Below are positions 29,635 through 40,355 of a stretch of 64,000 nucleotides of DNA, one piece after another. The translations under genes and the position numbers were made by a program. The first letter of the stretch is position 1; each line of letters begins with the position of its first letter. Source of the DNA: Macrostomum lignano (lineage: Eukaryota); NCBI GenBank assembly GCA_002269645.1, contig NIVC01000218.1, positions 142,407-206,406 on the forward strand, written 5' to 3'. The notes beneath the pieces were generated by a model. It did no database searches. It saw only the letters and a list, made by a program, of their open reading frames with translations, and was not told the DNA's origin.

Positions 29635-29812
29635 TGGTGCCACCTGCTAAGGTCCAGAAGCTACGCCTGGTAAAGGCCAGTGACCAACGAAGTTAGAGCT
29701 GATGCAGACACGTGTGATCGACGTGCTGGTGAGATCTGGACGCCTGGAAAGGCTGCACTGAAGCGCAGTGCTGATTGGCGCAAAGGGGTGTACTGGATAC
29801 ATTGGCGCTATA
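29635..29812 (+). repeat. Unclassified interspersed repeat (second copy about 53490-53630)
   Basis: Shared blocks gtgccacc..aggtccagaagct and aggctgcactga.gcgcagtgctgattggcgca.aggggtgtactg at both sites. Confidence 0.65.
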
Positions 29813-30059
29813 CAGAATCGCCATGAAAGAATCGAATTGCTGAGAGGTCAGGCCTCATGAGTAGAATATTTGAAGATCTTTGGCTCATAGGGGTCGGTGA
29901 GATGCCAAGGGTCAATATTGGGAGTTGTTGGTAGTCGAAGCATTGAAGGGCCGCCTCCTACTTGCACTTTATGCTATTTAGTCTCGTGTCGCGGCCGCTG
30001 AGTTGGCGGATTTTGGCAAAATATTTCTCGCCAGCCTGATTTGCCAAGCACTGCACTCA

Positions 30060-30700
30060 AAAGGGACTCCGCACTGTGCAGCAAGACCGTGCAGGCCCTC
30101 AAAGATGCCTTACGCGCGAGAAGGCCCTACCGACAAGTGGCAATAAAGAGGAGCTAGCTGACAGGCCGCCTGCTCGCTGCAAGCTCGAATGCGCCCCCAG
30201 CGAGCTTGAGGACGACGACCAGGACGAAGCTGACGCTAAACCAGAGGAGAGCCGGACATAGGAGAGAGGGGAGATTTGATTCGGCTGCTATCCCGGACTC
30301 CCTGGACGTGAGACAGAAATTGGGAGGATGAGAAACCTGTCGCGGCGGCCCTAAGCGGATGGCGTCTGCTAGACAGTCCAATACAATATTTTAATTCCAT
30401 GCGAGACAGCTGCTCGCACTGCCGCCTGCCCTGCCGCTCGAGCCTGTGGCCGGTCCTGTCGCTGTCAGCTGCCACTTTGACATCAGTCTGCTCGGCGACT
30501 TGGACGCAGAGTTTCTGAGCTCGGGCATTCGCGATAGTCGGCAAACTAGACTGGTTCTGCAAAGTGGCCAAACCTGCAAAGGCCCTGCTCCGCGCGCGCA
30601 TGGATATTAACATCGCCATTCATGAGCAGCATCAACGAGTACCGGTGCGTGGCGAGCTCCTAGCCCAGTTGCAGTTCTGGCAACATGCCAACCGTCCGAC
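30060..30700 (+). mobile_element. Decayed retroelement relic (SAP-like motif and DIRS-like RT/RNase H linker)
   Basis: Frameshifted KTVQALKDALRAR/LPTSGNKEELADR resembles a SAP motif. IVGKLDWFCKVAKPAKALLR...VRGELLAQLQFW resembles the DIRS-type GKL..A...P....LR...E...L.WW linker. Judged by eye only. Confidence 0.4.
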
Positions 30701-31761
30701 GTGTTCCCGACCGACGGGCTCGAGTGCTGGAAGCGGTCGAGACAGAAGCCTGCGTTAGTGCCACTGGCTTGATCCTGAGAACCTCTGATGGCCTGCGCGA
30801 GTTCCGCCTCGTCGACTTCTGCAGCCTCGGTCTCTGGCGCGGTTCTCGATCGCAGCGAGTTGCGACAGGTGGAGCTGCTGGCGCTTTGACCTGGCAGGTC
30901 CGGTCCGTCTTGTTTTATTTCTTCTGCGCTTCGTTGATTTGATTTGGCCCGACTGTCTCTCCCTCCCGCTTTCATTTGGCGTTGGGGTTCGCTTCCCCTT
31001 TTTGGACCGGTTGTGACAGTCTGTTGTGGCACTTGCTTTTGCTCTGCCTATGTCTTTTGGCGTTTAAGTGGCTCAACAAGGTCAAAACGTACATTTAGTT
31101 GATTCCAAAAATTATCTCTTCACTTGTTGCATCCCTAACGGGGTGGGGGGGGGGGAAATTGCTCGTAAAAAGAGTTAGTCGTACTGACAAACACCTGATA
31201 TCATGGCAAAAGTGGGTGAGTGACAAGAGCACGGATTTGATCCCCAATCACCATTTTCAACTCAGCATCCAGTATACAAGTACATGTAGTACAGGTTATT
31301 ACATGTTATTCGTAATTGTGGTAAGATGGAAAAGCTGTAGTCCAGTGTCCCATTTTACACACCTGCAATATGAAGTTATAGCGGTTATCGAATTCGATGT
31401 AGTCTAATAATAACCGAATGGTCATCCTTGCCTTACTGACAGAATTTGGATTATGTAGCATTAATCTCCATTAATCTCTTGCAGCTACACGCATCTGTAT
31501 AATCGCTAATGATCAGCGGCAAACCGTTGTCCCCAAAACACCCAGGTGCAGAGTGCGCAGGGCGATTCCTGCGATAGCAAACTCAGTATACAGTTTGAAC
31601 AATTTGTATTTGTAATTTGAGCTCAATGTAATAATTCGGCCAATATATATTTCTGCATGAAAGAGCGCCAATCAGAGTCAAGCAGTGGACGGTCATTCAG
31701 TCGGACATCCGTGACCAATACCAGCAGGCGCAGCGCGCAGAGGTCATCCTTGCCATCACAG

Positions 31762-32188
31762 CTAGCCGCGAAGCTTCAGCTGGCCCCTCACGCAGCGGTA
31801 CATCCACGGATTGTAGCAGGCCACGCCGCACTTCCAGTGGTACCTGGGGCACAGGAAGTAGCCGTCAATGCAGCGGTGCGTTCTCGGGCTGTAGCAGGTG
31901 CCGGCGCAGGAGCGGTCGCTGCCGCTGCAGGCGAGGCCGGAGTCGAGCTGCGAGAGGAGGTCGGGGCGGAGAGACTTGCTCAGGGACTGAGAGCTCGAGA
32001 GATCAGGTAATCTGACCGCATGATCAGGACTTGAGCCGGGTAAGTTGGATTAAGGACCGAGACAGAATCAACACTTTACGGCATTCTGAGAGCAAATGTA
32101 CGAGTATTCCCTTTTGTTGAAAATATCCGAGTTGCTCGCTTACCTGCATCGCCAGGAGAGCCAGCAGACAGAAGCAGAGCACCTTCAT
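31762..32188 (-). CDS. Secreted CBM52-like 8-Cys peptide, copy 3 (one G>S change)
   Basis: Exons 32188-32144 and 31947-31762, 196-nt intron. Mature N-terminus reads CSGSDRSC instead of CSGGDRSC. TATAAA at 32301-32296. Confidence 0.9.
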
Positions 32189-33766
32189 GTTGAGCAGACG
32201 ATTGGATGTGGCTGAGTTGCAAGCAGAGAGAGTAAAACTTGTAGCAGGAGAGTCGAGAGTTGAGCTTGATTTCTCTGCGACTTGAGCAGCTCGCATTTAT
32301 AGGGTCTGCCACTCACCTGCCCTCTGCCTTTCACCTGCCTGCTGCCTCCCTACAATTGTGCAATCAACAAAACAACACCGGAAAAGCCTACTGGCTTACA
32401 GCATTGCTCATGAAATCTTTGAAAAAATTGCAGGTGCTAAAGTTGTTCTCGCTAACCTTCTTTGATGTACGCAGGCTCGCAAGTGGTAGGCAGCGGGCAA
32501 GGTTTGGAGGCAGCGGGCAGGTGCATGGTGGAATAAATAATAAAAAAAAACAATACGAGCATTATCTGTTCACCATTTTTGTAGCAGAAACGATCGAGGT
32601 TCAATAGAGGATCGTAAAAATTGGATACGTTCAGTGACGTTCCTGCAACAAAAAAGTTACGTATCGGAGACGTCGAACTTTCTATTGGATACATAATTTT
32701 GCTGCTCGGGGGGGGGCAACACATTTAGAGGCCTTGGGACAGGTAAATATATGAAAGTCGTTAAAAACAAACGCAGTTAATTGTTGTCTTTAAGCCCGGC
32801 ATATGAATTTTAAAACAAATTATCAAAAGTTTTTGTTAAGTAAGATTTATTAGTAATTGACAAAGTCCTTTCTAATATTAAAAAATATATATAAACATTT
32901 TAAAAGAAAAACAAATAAAAATTTTATCTTTTAAGCCATAAGTCGTACTTTCCTGCAAAAAATTACCTCGTGGACTCATGACCTTGCTCGTAGAGTTGTC
33001 CAGTGTTTGACATCATAGTTTCTCTGTTAATTAAACATTACTTTGTTATCATTTCATGAGTGATTTAAATTTATAAAACTTCAGCCTTCATTTTTAAGTT
33101 CTGAGCCCTTTGCTTTGCCGTCTGCTTTTTGTTTTTTTCTACATACGGAGCCTGACCCCTGCACCTTTCATTTGATTAGGGAACAGAACAACTAGGCCTA
33201 ACATTTTATAATCTTAACCTTAACGCTTTAGTACTTTAAGTACTTTATGGACTAAGTACCGACTTACCATTAAGATCTTTTTTTCACTTTCAAGCTCTAA
33301 CTCTAGGCCTAGTAATAAAATTAATGCCAATCCATTGTTGAAAAATGAATTTATACAATGACACAGCTGACAATTTTCTTAAAGAAAAGTAAGGATTATT
33401 TTTTTACTTTTTTACTTAGACTTTGTTTACATTTAAAACTCTAAGTAGTCCTACTTAATAGATAATTTAAGTCATTTTTAATTTTTTCTTATTTATTATA
33501 CAAATATAGACAGTTGATTTTTTGCTTAAATTAGGGTAGGGCCTAACTAGTGAGAATAAGTAAGTTTAGAAGGCCTTTTTTAAGATATGCATCTGATAGA
33601 AGACTATAGGCCCTACTGGAATTACAAAATAGCTGTAGTCATTAATCATTATAAAATAATAAAAAAGTTAGCTTTTTTAAACAATTTAAATAGGCCTAGA
33701 AAAGTATAAATGTTATAAATAATCTATTGCTGCAAATATATCTTATACAGTTTCTAGTTTCTAGTA

Positions 33767-34070
33767 GGGGTTGTAGCCTAGTGGTTAGGGCGTCGGACTC
33801 ACGACTTGAAGGTCGGGGGTTCGATTCCCAATCCCTCTGCAACAATTTGTGTCCTTGAGCAAGACACTTAACTCTGCGTTGCTTCAGTTTACCCAGCTGT
33901 AAAATGGGTACTAGCATTAGCTGGGGTAATTGAGGGTGTGTGTGGCGACCCCCCAGTCCTTGGACTGAACAGCCGTACGCAGCCTTCAGATGCGCCGTGC
34001 AATAGCTGCGGCTGAGCTGTCGGTTGCACATCTGCCCATTGGGCAGGTGTAATCAATTATTATTATTATT
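33767..34070 (+). mobile_element. tRNA-derived CORE-SINE, well-preserved copy
   Basis: A box TAGCCTAGTGG, B box GGTTCGATTCC, MIR-like core TGTGTCCTTGAGCAAGACACTTAAC...CTTCAGTTTACCCAGCTGTAAAATGGG, (ATT)n tail, possible TSD AGTTTCTA. Confidence 0.85.
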
Positions 34071-36999
34071 AGTTTCTATGCTTTTTAGTGCCTAGCATTT
34101 TGGTATTGCAGATTGCTTTTAGTTTTAGGTATCTCAGTTTGTGATAGGCCTAGGCCTATACAAATAATAAAGTAATCTTTTTACAATATAATGAATTTTC
34201 TCAAAAACTTTCATTTTCCCAAGAAAAGTAGTATTCTGTTAATTAATTAGAGAATTCTATTTAGGTTACTTTTATTTGCTGTAAATCCATGCATACAAAC
34301 CTACAAGGCTACACTTGACTTAGAATGCATGCTAAAAAGGCTTTCTTAGGTAATAATGATAACTAACAATGATGCCATATTATATTTTTGATCAAAATTA
34401 TGAAATATGACAAATCTCTTTTAGGATGATTTTATTTATTGAGTAATATACAATCATTTTTTGATTTTTTAAAAATCAAAACAAAAAAGTAAATAAAATA
34501 AGAGCTACTTTTTCAAAAAATATAAATAGGCCTAATATGCCAATATACCACAATAAAAAGCTATCATTTTCAATTTTGATTGCAAAGCAGTTATTTAATT
34601 AAGGCTCACTTTCTATTTTTGTTTTTCATTTTAATTCATCATTTAGGCACAAAAAGCAAACTAAGGCACCAAAAAACATATACCTCTTATATTAGGCCTA
34701 GCCACTAATAATGGTTAGATAGGATTGGAGTCATTAGGCACAATGATCATTAGAAATAATTTTTTTCTAAAGTTTATTAGGATTAAGTCTCTTAATGTAT
34801 TGTAGTTTGTAAGTCTATATAGAATTATAAAGAAGGGATATACAATTAATTAAGTTGAACAAACAACATTAATATCATATCAAAAGGTAGGTCTAAAACA
34901 TGAAACATGGCAAAATGTTTTTAAAGTTTTGGGTGTTTTTAAAGGATACTAGCAATCTAGTGCCCCCCTTTGAGGTGTGCAATAAACAAGGAGCAAAAAT
35001 ATTTGTGGAAAACAATTAAAAAGGCACATTTTCCTAAAAACGAATTCTTTTTTCAGTTTTATAAAAAACTTTATATATAAAAAATCTATCCCTACATTGG
35101 AGAACAAACAATTTTGGCTAAGCACACCTATTATATATTTAAAAAGAATGCAACATGCCTTAATTAAAGCATGTGCTCTAATTTAAAATGTCCAGAAAAG
35201 CAAATCTGTAAATCTGGTCTACCTTTCCTAATAAACTTATACTAGAGTTTACAGTCAGACAAAAAGAAGCTGCTTGATCATGTGAGATAAGATTTGCTGG
35301 CAGTCTTTCCTTCCTAACAAGCATAGCTCTTTTGTGTATCTGTGGAAAGCCAAGCTAGTGTACCTAGATATAGTACATATATATGATGAGTTTATTCAGA
35401 GCATTCAAACAATTGATTAGGCCAATTTGCTAGAAAAACTATAGCACTTAAACTAAACTATAAGATACAAGCTGCAATGTATTTGGTATAATATTCATAT
35501 ATTAATTAAGACTTATGTTTTTGCCAACCTTGCCACTTATGATTCTAGTATACATATGATATCATATAGACTATTGATATATTGTAATATAATATGATGA
35601 TTTAGTGGATGCAGCAAGTTGTCCAATGCTGAGATGATAATAAGACAGTTTAGTTGATTTCTTATAACCATGTTTTAGTATGGCAACTTTGGCTAGAGCT
35701 ATCAAAATGCCTGTCTTAAGGCTCTACTTGTAAAGAAGCCAACATCCTTAGTCAGACTTGGAACAAAGAGCTTGGTTATACCTTAAAAGCATCGAAGAAT
35801 AATGTATCATTTGCCCTTAAAATTGTCTTTATAGGCCTTATATCATTCATAATTATAATTTATTTAATGGCTCATAGCAGTGACTCTTTGACTAGTTAGT
35901 ATAGCCTGCCAGCCTATTCATAAGCTCCTCTTAGATAGCCACTTAAAAAGCTATATTAGGCAAGCCCTCATAGAGTAGAATGTTAGATTTTATATTTATG
36001 CTTTTCTAGACTGTTTTGATATTAAACTATTTTTTATCTGCAAAGCTGTCTAGACTCTTATAAACACAAGTAATTAATCTTATAAAGCATAGATACATGT
36101 ACACAGCACATACTACCAAAATCTCCATGTTTCATTTTCTTAAATCTCACAAGACTCGGAAAAGAAAACAAAACCAGTGCCTTCCTTGCTTTACTTTCTT
36201 TTTTCATCAACCCTACTGTACGAAAATGATTTTTCAATCCTTTCTACTATTAGTAGGCTCATTTGCTTTTTTAAAGTTTTTACTTGCAAACATTTTGATT
36301 GATTCAATGAAAGCTTAAATAAGTTCAGCTAAAATACGAGTAAAATGAAATTCATGTTGAATTCGATTCAAATATAAAGCCTGGCTGTGCAGAGCCAGCC
36401 AACTAGCAACCCCTGCATAAATCGTGTCTCTCCCTCTTCACCCATTTTTGACAGCATTCGTCCTACCACTTTGGCGTCATCAACTGTAGGCTCAGGCCAT
36501 CAAATAGGGCAACAGCAGTTGATGACTTTAGCATCTTCTTCATCAGCTTCTGCAGTTAAAACTAAACCGCCGTTAGCGCTTAGTAACTGCGAGGAGGTAA
36601 GTGTGTGCGCAGAGTGTACACGCAGTGCTGTGCAGGGCCTAAACTCGTTTGGCTAGAAAGAGAGAGAGGGGGAGAGAGGATAGAGCCATAGGGGGCAGGG
36701 ATGGATCGAACGGCGGACCCCTGCCCCTGAAGCAGCAGCAGCCAAGCAAATCAGCCCCCATTTCCATCCTTCTTCGAACCCTCCTCCCCCATCAGCCTCT
36801 CCCTGAAGCATCGAGCCTCGCCCTCGAGAAAGTATGTACACAGTACAGTCCAGTCCAGTACAGTCCTAGTATTGCATGCACACTGGCGGATCGCACAGTT
36901 TATAATTAGACTGCTGATGAAATTGAATTTGCCCCCATGTTGAATCGAATCGAAGAGTGAAAACACGCTCAAAATATTGTGCTATTGATCAGCTCAGAC

Positions 37000-39900
37000 A
37001 TGACTAGTCTACATGCCGATTTCGATAGCGACTATTATTCGACAGAGCAGGATTTGTCTTCTTATTCTTCGGTTTTAAGTCCTACTATTCGATTAGATAA
37101 TAGTCAGGCTAATTATTGTCCGAATTGCAATTGCAATGGTCAGTGTCGAAGGCTGGCTGCTGCTGCTGCTGAACAGGGACCAAGTCAAACTGGTGCCAAC
37201 ATCGATTTGCAGCACGCTGTTGAGGTCAGAATGTTGAATAATCGTGTCAGCTTGGGTCATAGGCGGCCTAAGTCACGGTTTCATGATCAGTTTGAGCTCA
37301 TTTTTTGTTGTTGGTAGATTGCGTCATAGACAGTTTCAGTTGTTGCCAGATTGAGTCATAGACAGTTTCAGTTGTTGCCAGATTGAGTCATAGACAGTTT
37401 CAGTTGTTGCCAGATTGAGCCATAGACAGTTTCAGTTGTTACCAGATTGAGCCATATACAGTTTCAGTTGTGGGCAGATTGAGCCATAGACGGTTTCAGT
37501 TGTTGGCAGATTGAGCCATAGACGGTTTCAGTTGTTGGCAGATTGAGCCATAGACGGTTTCAGTTGTTGGCAGATTGAGTCATAGACAGTTTCAGTTGTT
37601 GGCAGATTGAGTCATATACAGTTTCAGTTGTGGGCAGATTGAGCCATAGACGGTTTCAGTTGTTGGCAGATTGAGCCATAGACGGTTTCAGTTGTTGGCA
37701 GATTGCGTCATAGACAGTTTCAGTTGTTGGCAGATTGAGTCATAGACGGTTTCAGTTATGGGCAGATTGAGTCATAGACGGTTTCAGTTATGGGCAGATT
37801 GAGTCATAGACAGTTTCAGTTGTTGGCAGATTGAGTTATATACAGTTTCAGTTGTGGGCAGATTGAGTCATAGACGGTTACAGTTATGGGCAGATTGAGT
37901 CATAGACGGTTTCAGTTGTTGCCAGATTGAGTCATAGACAGTTTCAGTTGTGGGCAGATTGAGTCATAGACGGTTTCAGTTGTTGCCAGATTGAGTCATA
38001 GACGGTTTCAGTTGTTGCCAGATTGAGTCATAGACAGTTTCAGTTGTGGCTTGTGGGCAGATTGAGCCATAGATTGAGTTATACGCATTATAAAAATCTT
38101 TCTCATAATTTTGATTTCAACTTTCTAAACAGAAAATGGTGAAATTGAACCAAGAGAACTTCGATCTTCGCTTGCACTGCTATCACCTGAAAGAGAAACT
38201 GGACAGATTAGGCCAAAGTCAGAGCAGATCGGCCGAACTAGATTCTGTAAGTTTTGATTTATTAATTAATGTATTAATTTAGATTCTTTGTTTATCAATT
38301 CGATTCACCAGTGAGAGCAGAATTTGTCAGTTTTTGAATTATGGGGCCCTGGATTTATGCCGCTGAATTTGTGTCGGAAATAGTTTATTTATGGTGCCGT
38401 TTCCTCTGTTATTATTATTATTACTATTTGATGTGTGATATTTGCGTCGGGTGATTCTATATTCGGTTTTATTACTGCGCGTGCCCAGCTAGTTTAGCCA
38501 CAACTTTTATTCCGCTTGCGATGCAAGTTATATGCTGTGGGATCAGAATATTTTGGGATCGTAATATTGGCTTGCTAATCCGTCTATCTTTTATCTCACT
38601 GTGTTCCCATCTCCCCTCCTGTCTTCCCATCTCCCCTTCTGTCTTCCTATCTCCTATTCTGTCTTTCCATCTCCCCACCTGTCTTCCCATCTCCCCTTCT
38701 GTCTTCCTATCTCCCATTCTGTCATCCTATCTCCCCTTCTGTCTTCCTATCTCCCCACCTGTCTTCCCATCTCCCCACCTGTCTTCCCATCTCCCCTTCT
38801 GTCTTCCCATCTCCCCACCTGTCTTCCCTTCTTCCCTCCTGTCTTCCCATCTCCCCTCCTATCTTCCCGTCTCCCTTTCTGTCTTCCCATCTCCCTTTCT
38901 GTCTTCCCATCTCCCCTCCTGTCTTCCCATCTCCCCTCCTGTCTTCCCATATCCCCTTCTGTCTTCCCATCTCCCTTCCTGTCTTCCCATCTCCCCTCCT
39001 GTCTTTCCATATCCTCTTCTTTCTTCCCATCTCCCCCCTCCTGTCGACTCACCTAGCCTTCCTGTCGAGCCTCCCCATCTGCCATTCCCATCCTAATTCG
39101 AAATCCCAAACCAAGCCAAAAGTCCCAAATTCACCCGCAGAGCCAGCAGGCCTACTGGGAGGAGGAGACCGGCCGGCTGCGGCGCGAGCTTCGCGATCAG
39201 GACGGCAAGCTGCGGGAGCTAGCCGCCGAGCGGGACTCCCTGCAGTCGGATAATTCTCACCTGCGTGACCTGCTGCAGAAGGTTGGCATTGCTTTTTTGG
39301 GAACTTAGAATTCTGGGAGATTCTGGCTTCTGGGAGATCGTACACCTGAAGCTCCAATGAGTAGCTGATGAGGCCACACCTGAAGCTCCAATAAGTAGCT
39401 GATGAGGCCACACCTGAGGCTCCAATAAGTAGCTAATGAGGCCACACCTGAAGCTCCAATGAGTAGCTGATGAGGCCACACCTGAAGCTTCAATGAGTAG
39501 CTGATGAGGCCACACCTGAAGCTCCAATGAACAGCTGATGAGGTCACACCTGAAGCTCCAATGAGCAGCTGATGAGGCCACACCTGAAGCTCCTATGAGC
39601 AGCTGATGAGGCCACACCTGAAGCTCCAATGAGCAGCTTATTGAGACATCTGAAGTCTCAATTAGTAGCTCAAAATGGCACAGCTAGCTTTAATAAATAG
39701 CTGTTTCTATAAAACCCGTTTCTATGCCGTTGCTATGCTAAATTCCAATTACAGTGGGAGCAGCAGGAGTCGCCATCTGGCCTCGGCGGCGGCTGTTTGC
39801 ACTATGCGCCCAGCAGCAGCACTCCCTGGTCAAAGAGCGGCGCCAGCAGTGGCGGAGCTGCTGTAACATCGGCGGCAACAATTGGCGCTTCTGCAACACC

Positions 39901-40305
39901 CTCTGCTGGGAGCAATCATATTCGACACAATGGCGTTGCCGCGTCCGAGTCTGAGCGGCTGCAGCCGGCTCGAATGCTTGTAAGAGCTCATTGGATTGTT
40001 GCTTTCTAAATCGCCCATTGGGAATTGCCATTAGGAATTGGTCATTAGGAATCGCCCATTAGAAATTGGCCATTAAAATCGTTTGCCATTCAAATTTCTT
40101 ATTATAATTAAAATTATTGGTCAAAGCCAAAACGAAGCGTTTGTCAATTGCATGGCTAGTTGCTGATATGTTTACCTAATAATTTGTTTCACTTGGCTTC
40201 TACTGACCGACTTTTGATTTTCATTTTTCAAGATGCCTTCTATAGCCTGTAGTGAGGCTCCTGTGCTTGGCCAGACTCCATACCCGATGCCCAATGTAGG
40301 AATGA

Positions 40306-40355
<50 letters not shown>

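Noticed and set aside
30607-31032. Minus-strand ORF with faint LINE-like EVDEAELAQAIR segment
   Set aside because: The resemblance is too weak and no RT or endonuclease motifs follow.
33767-33840. Apparent tRNA gene (also 54020-54093)
   Set aside because: The anticodon and acceptor stems do not pair properly and the sequence runs into a SINE body, so it is a SINE head.
36387-36596. ORF ending at a good donor (EE|GTAAGT) upstream of the centrosomin-like gene
   Set aside because: Splicing to the acceptors before ATG 37000 is out of frame. It may be a 5' UTR exon or an alternative first exon joining 38133, but this cannot be supported without transcripts.
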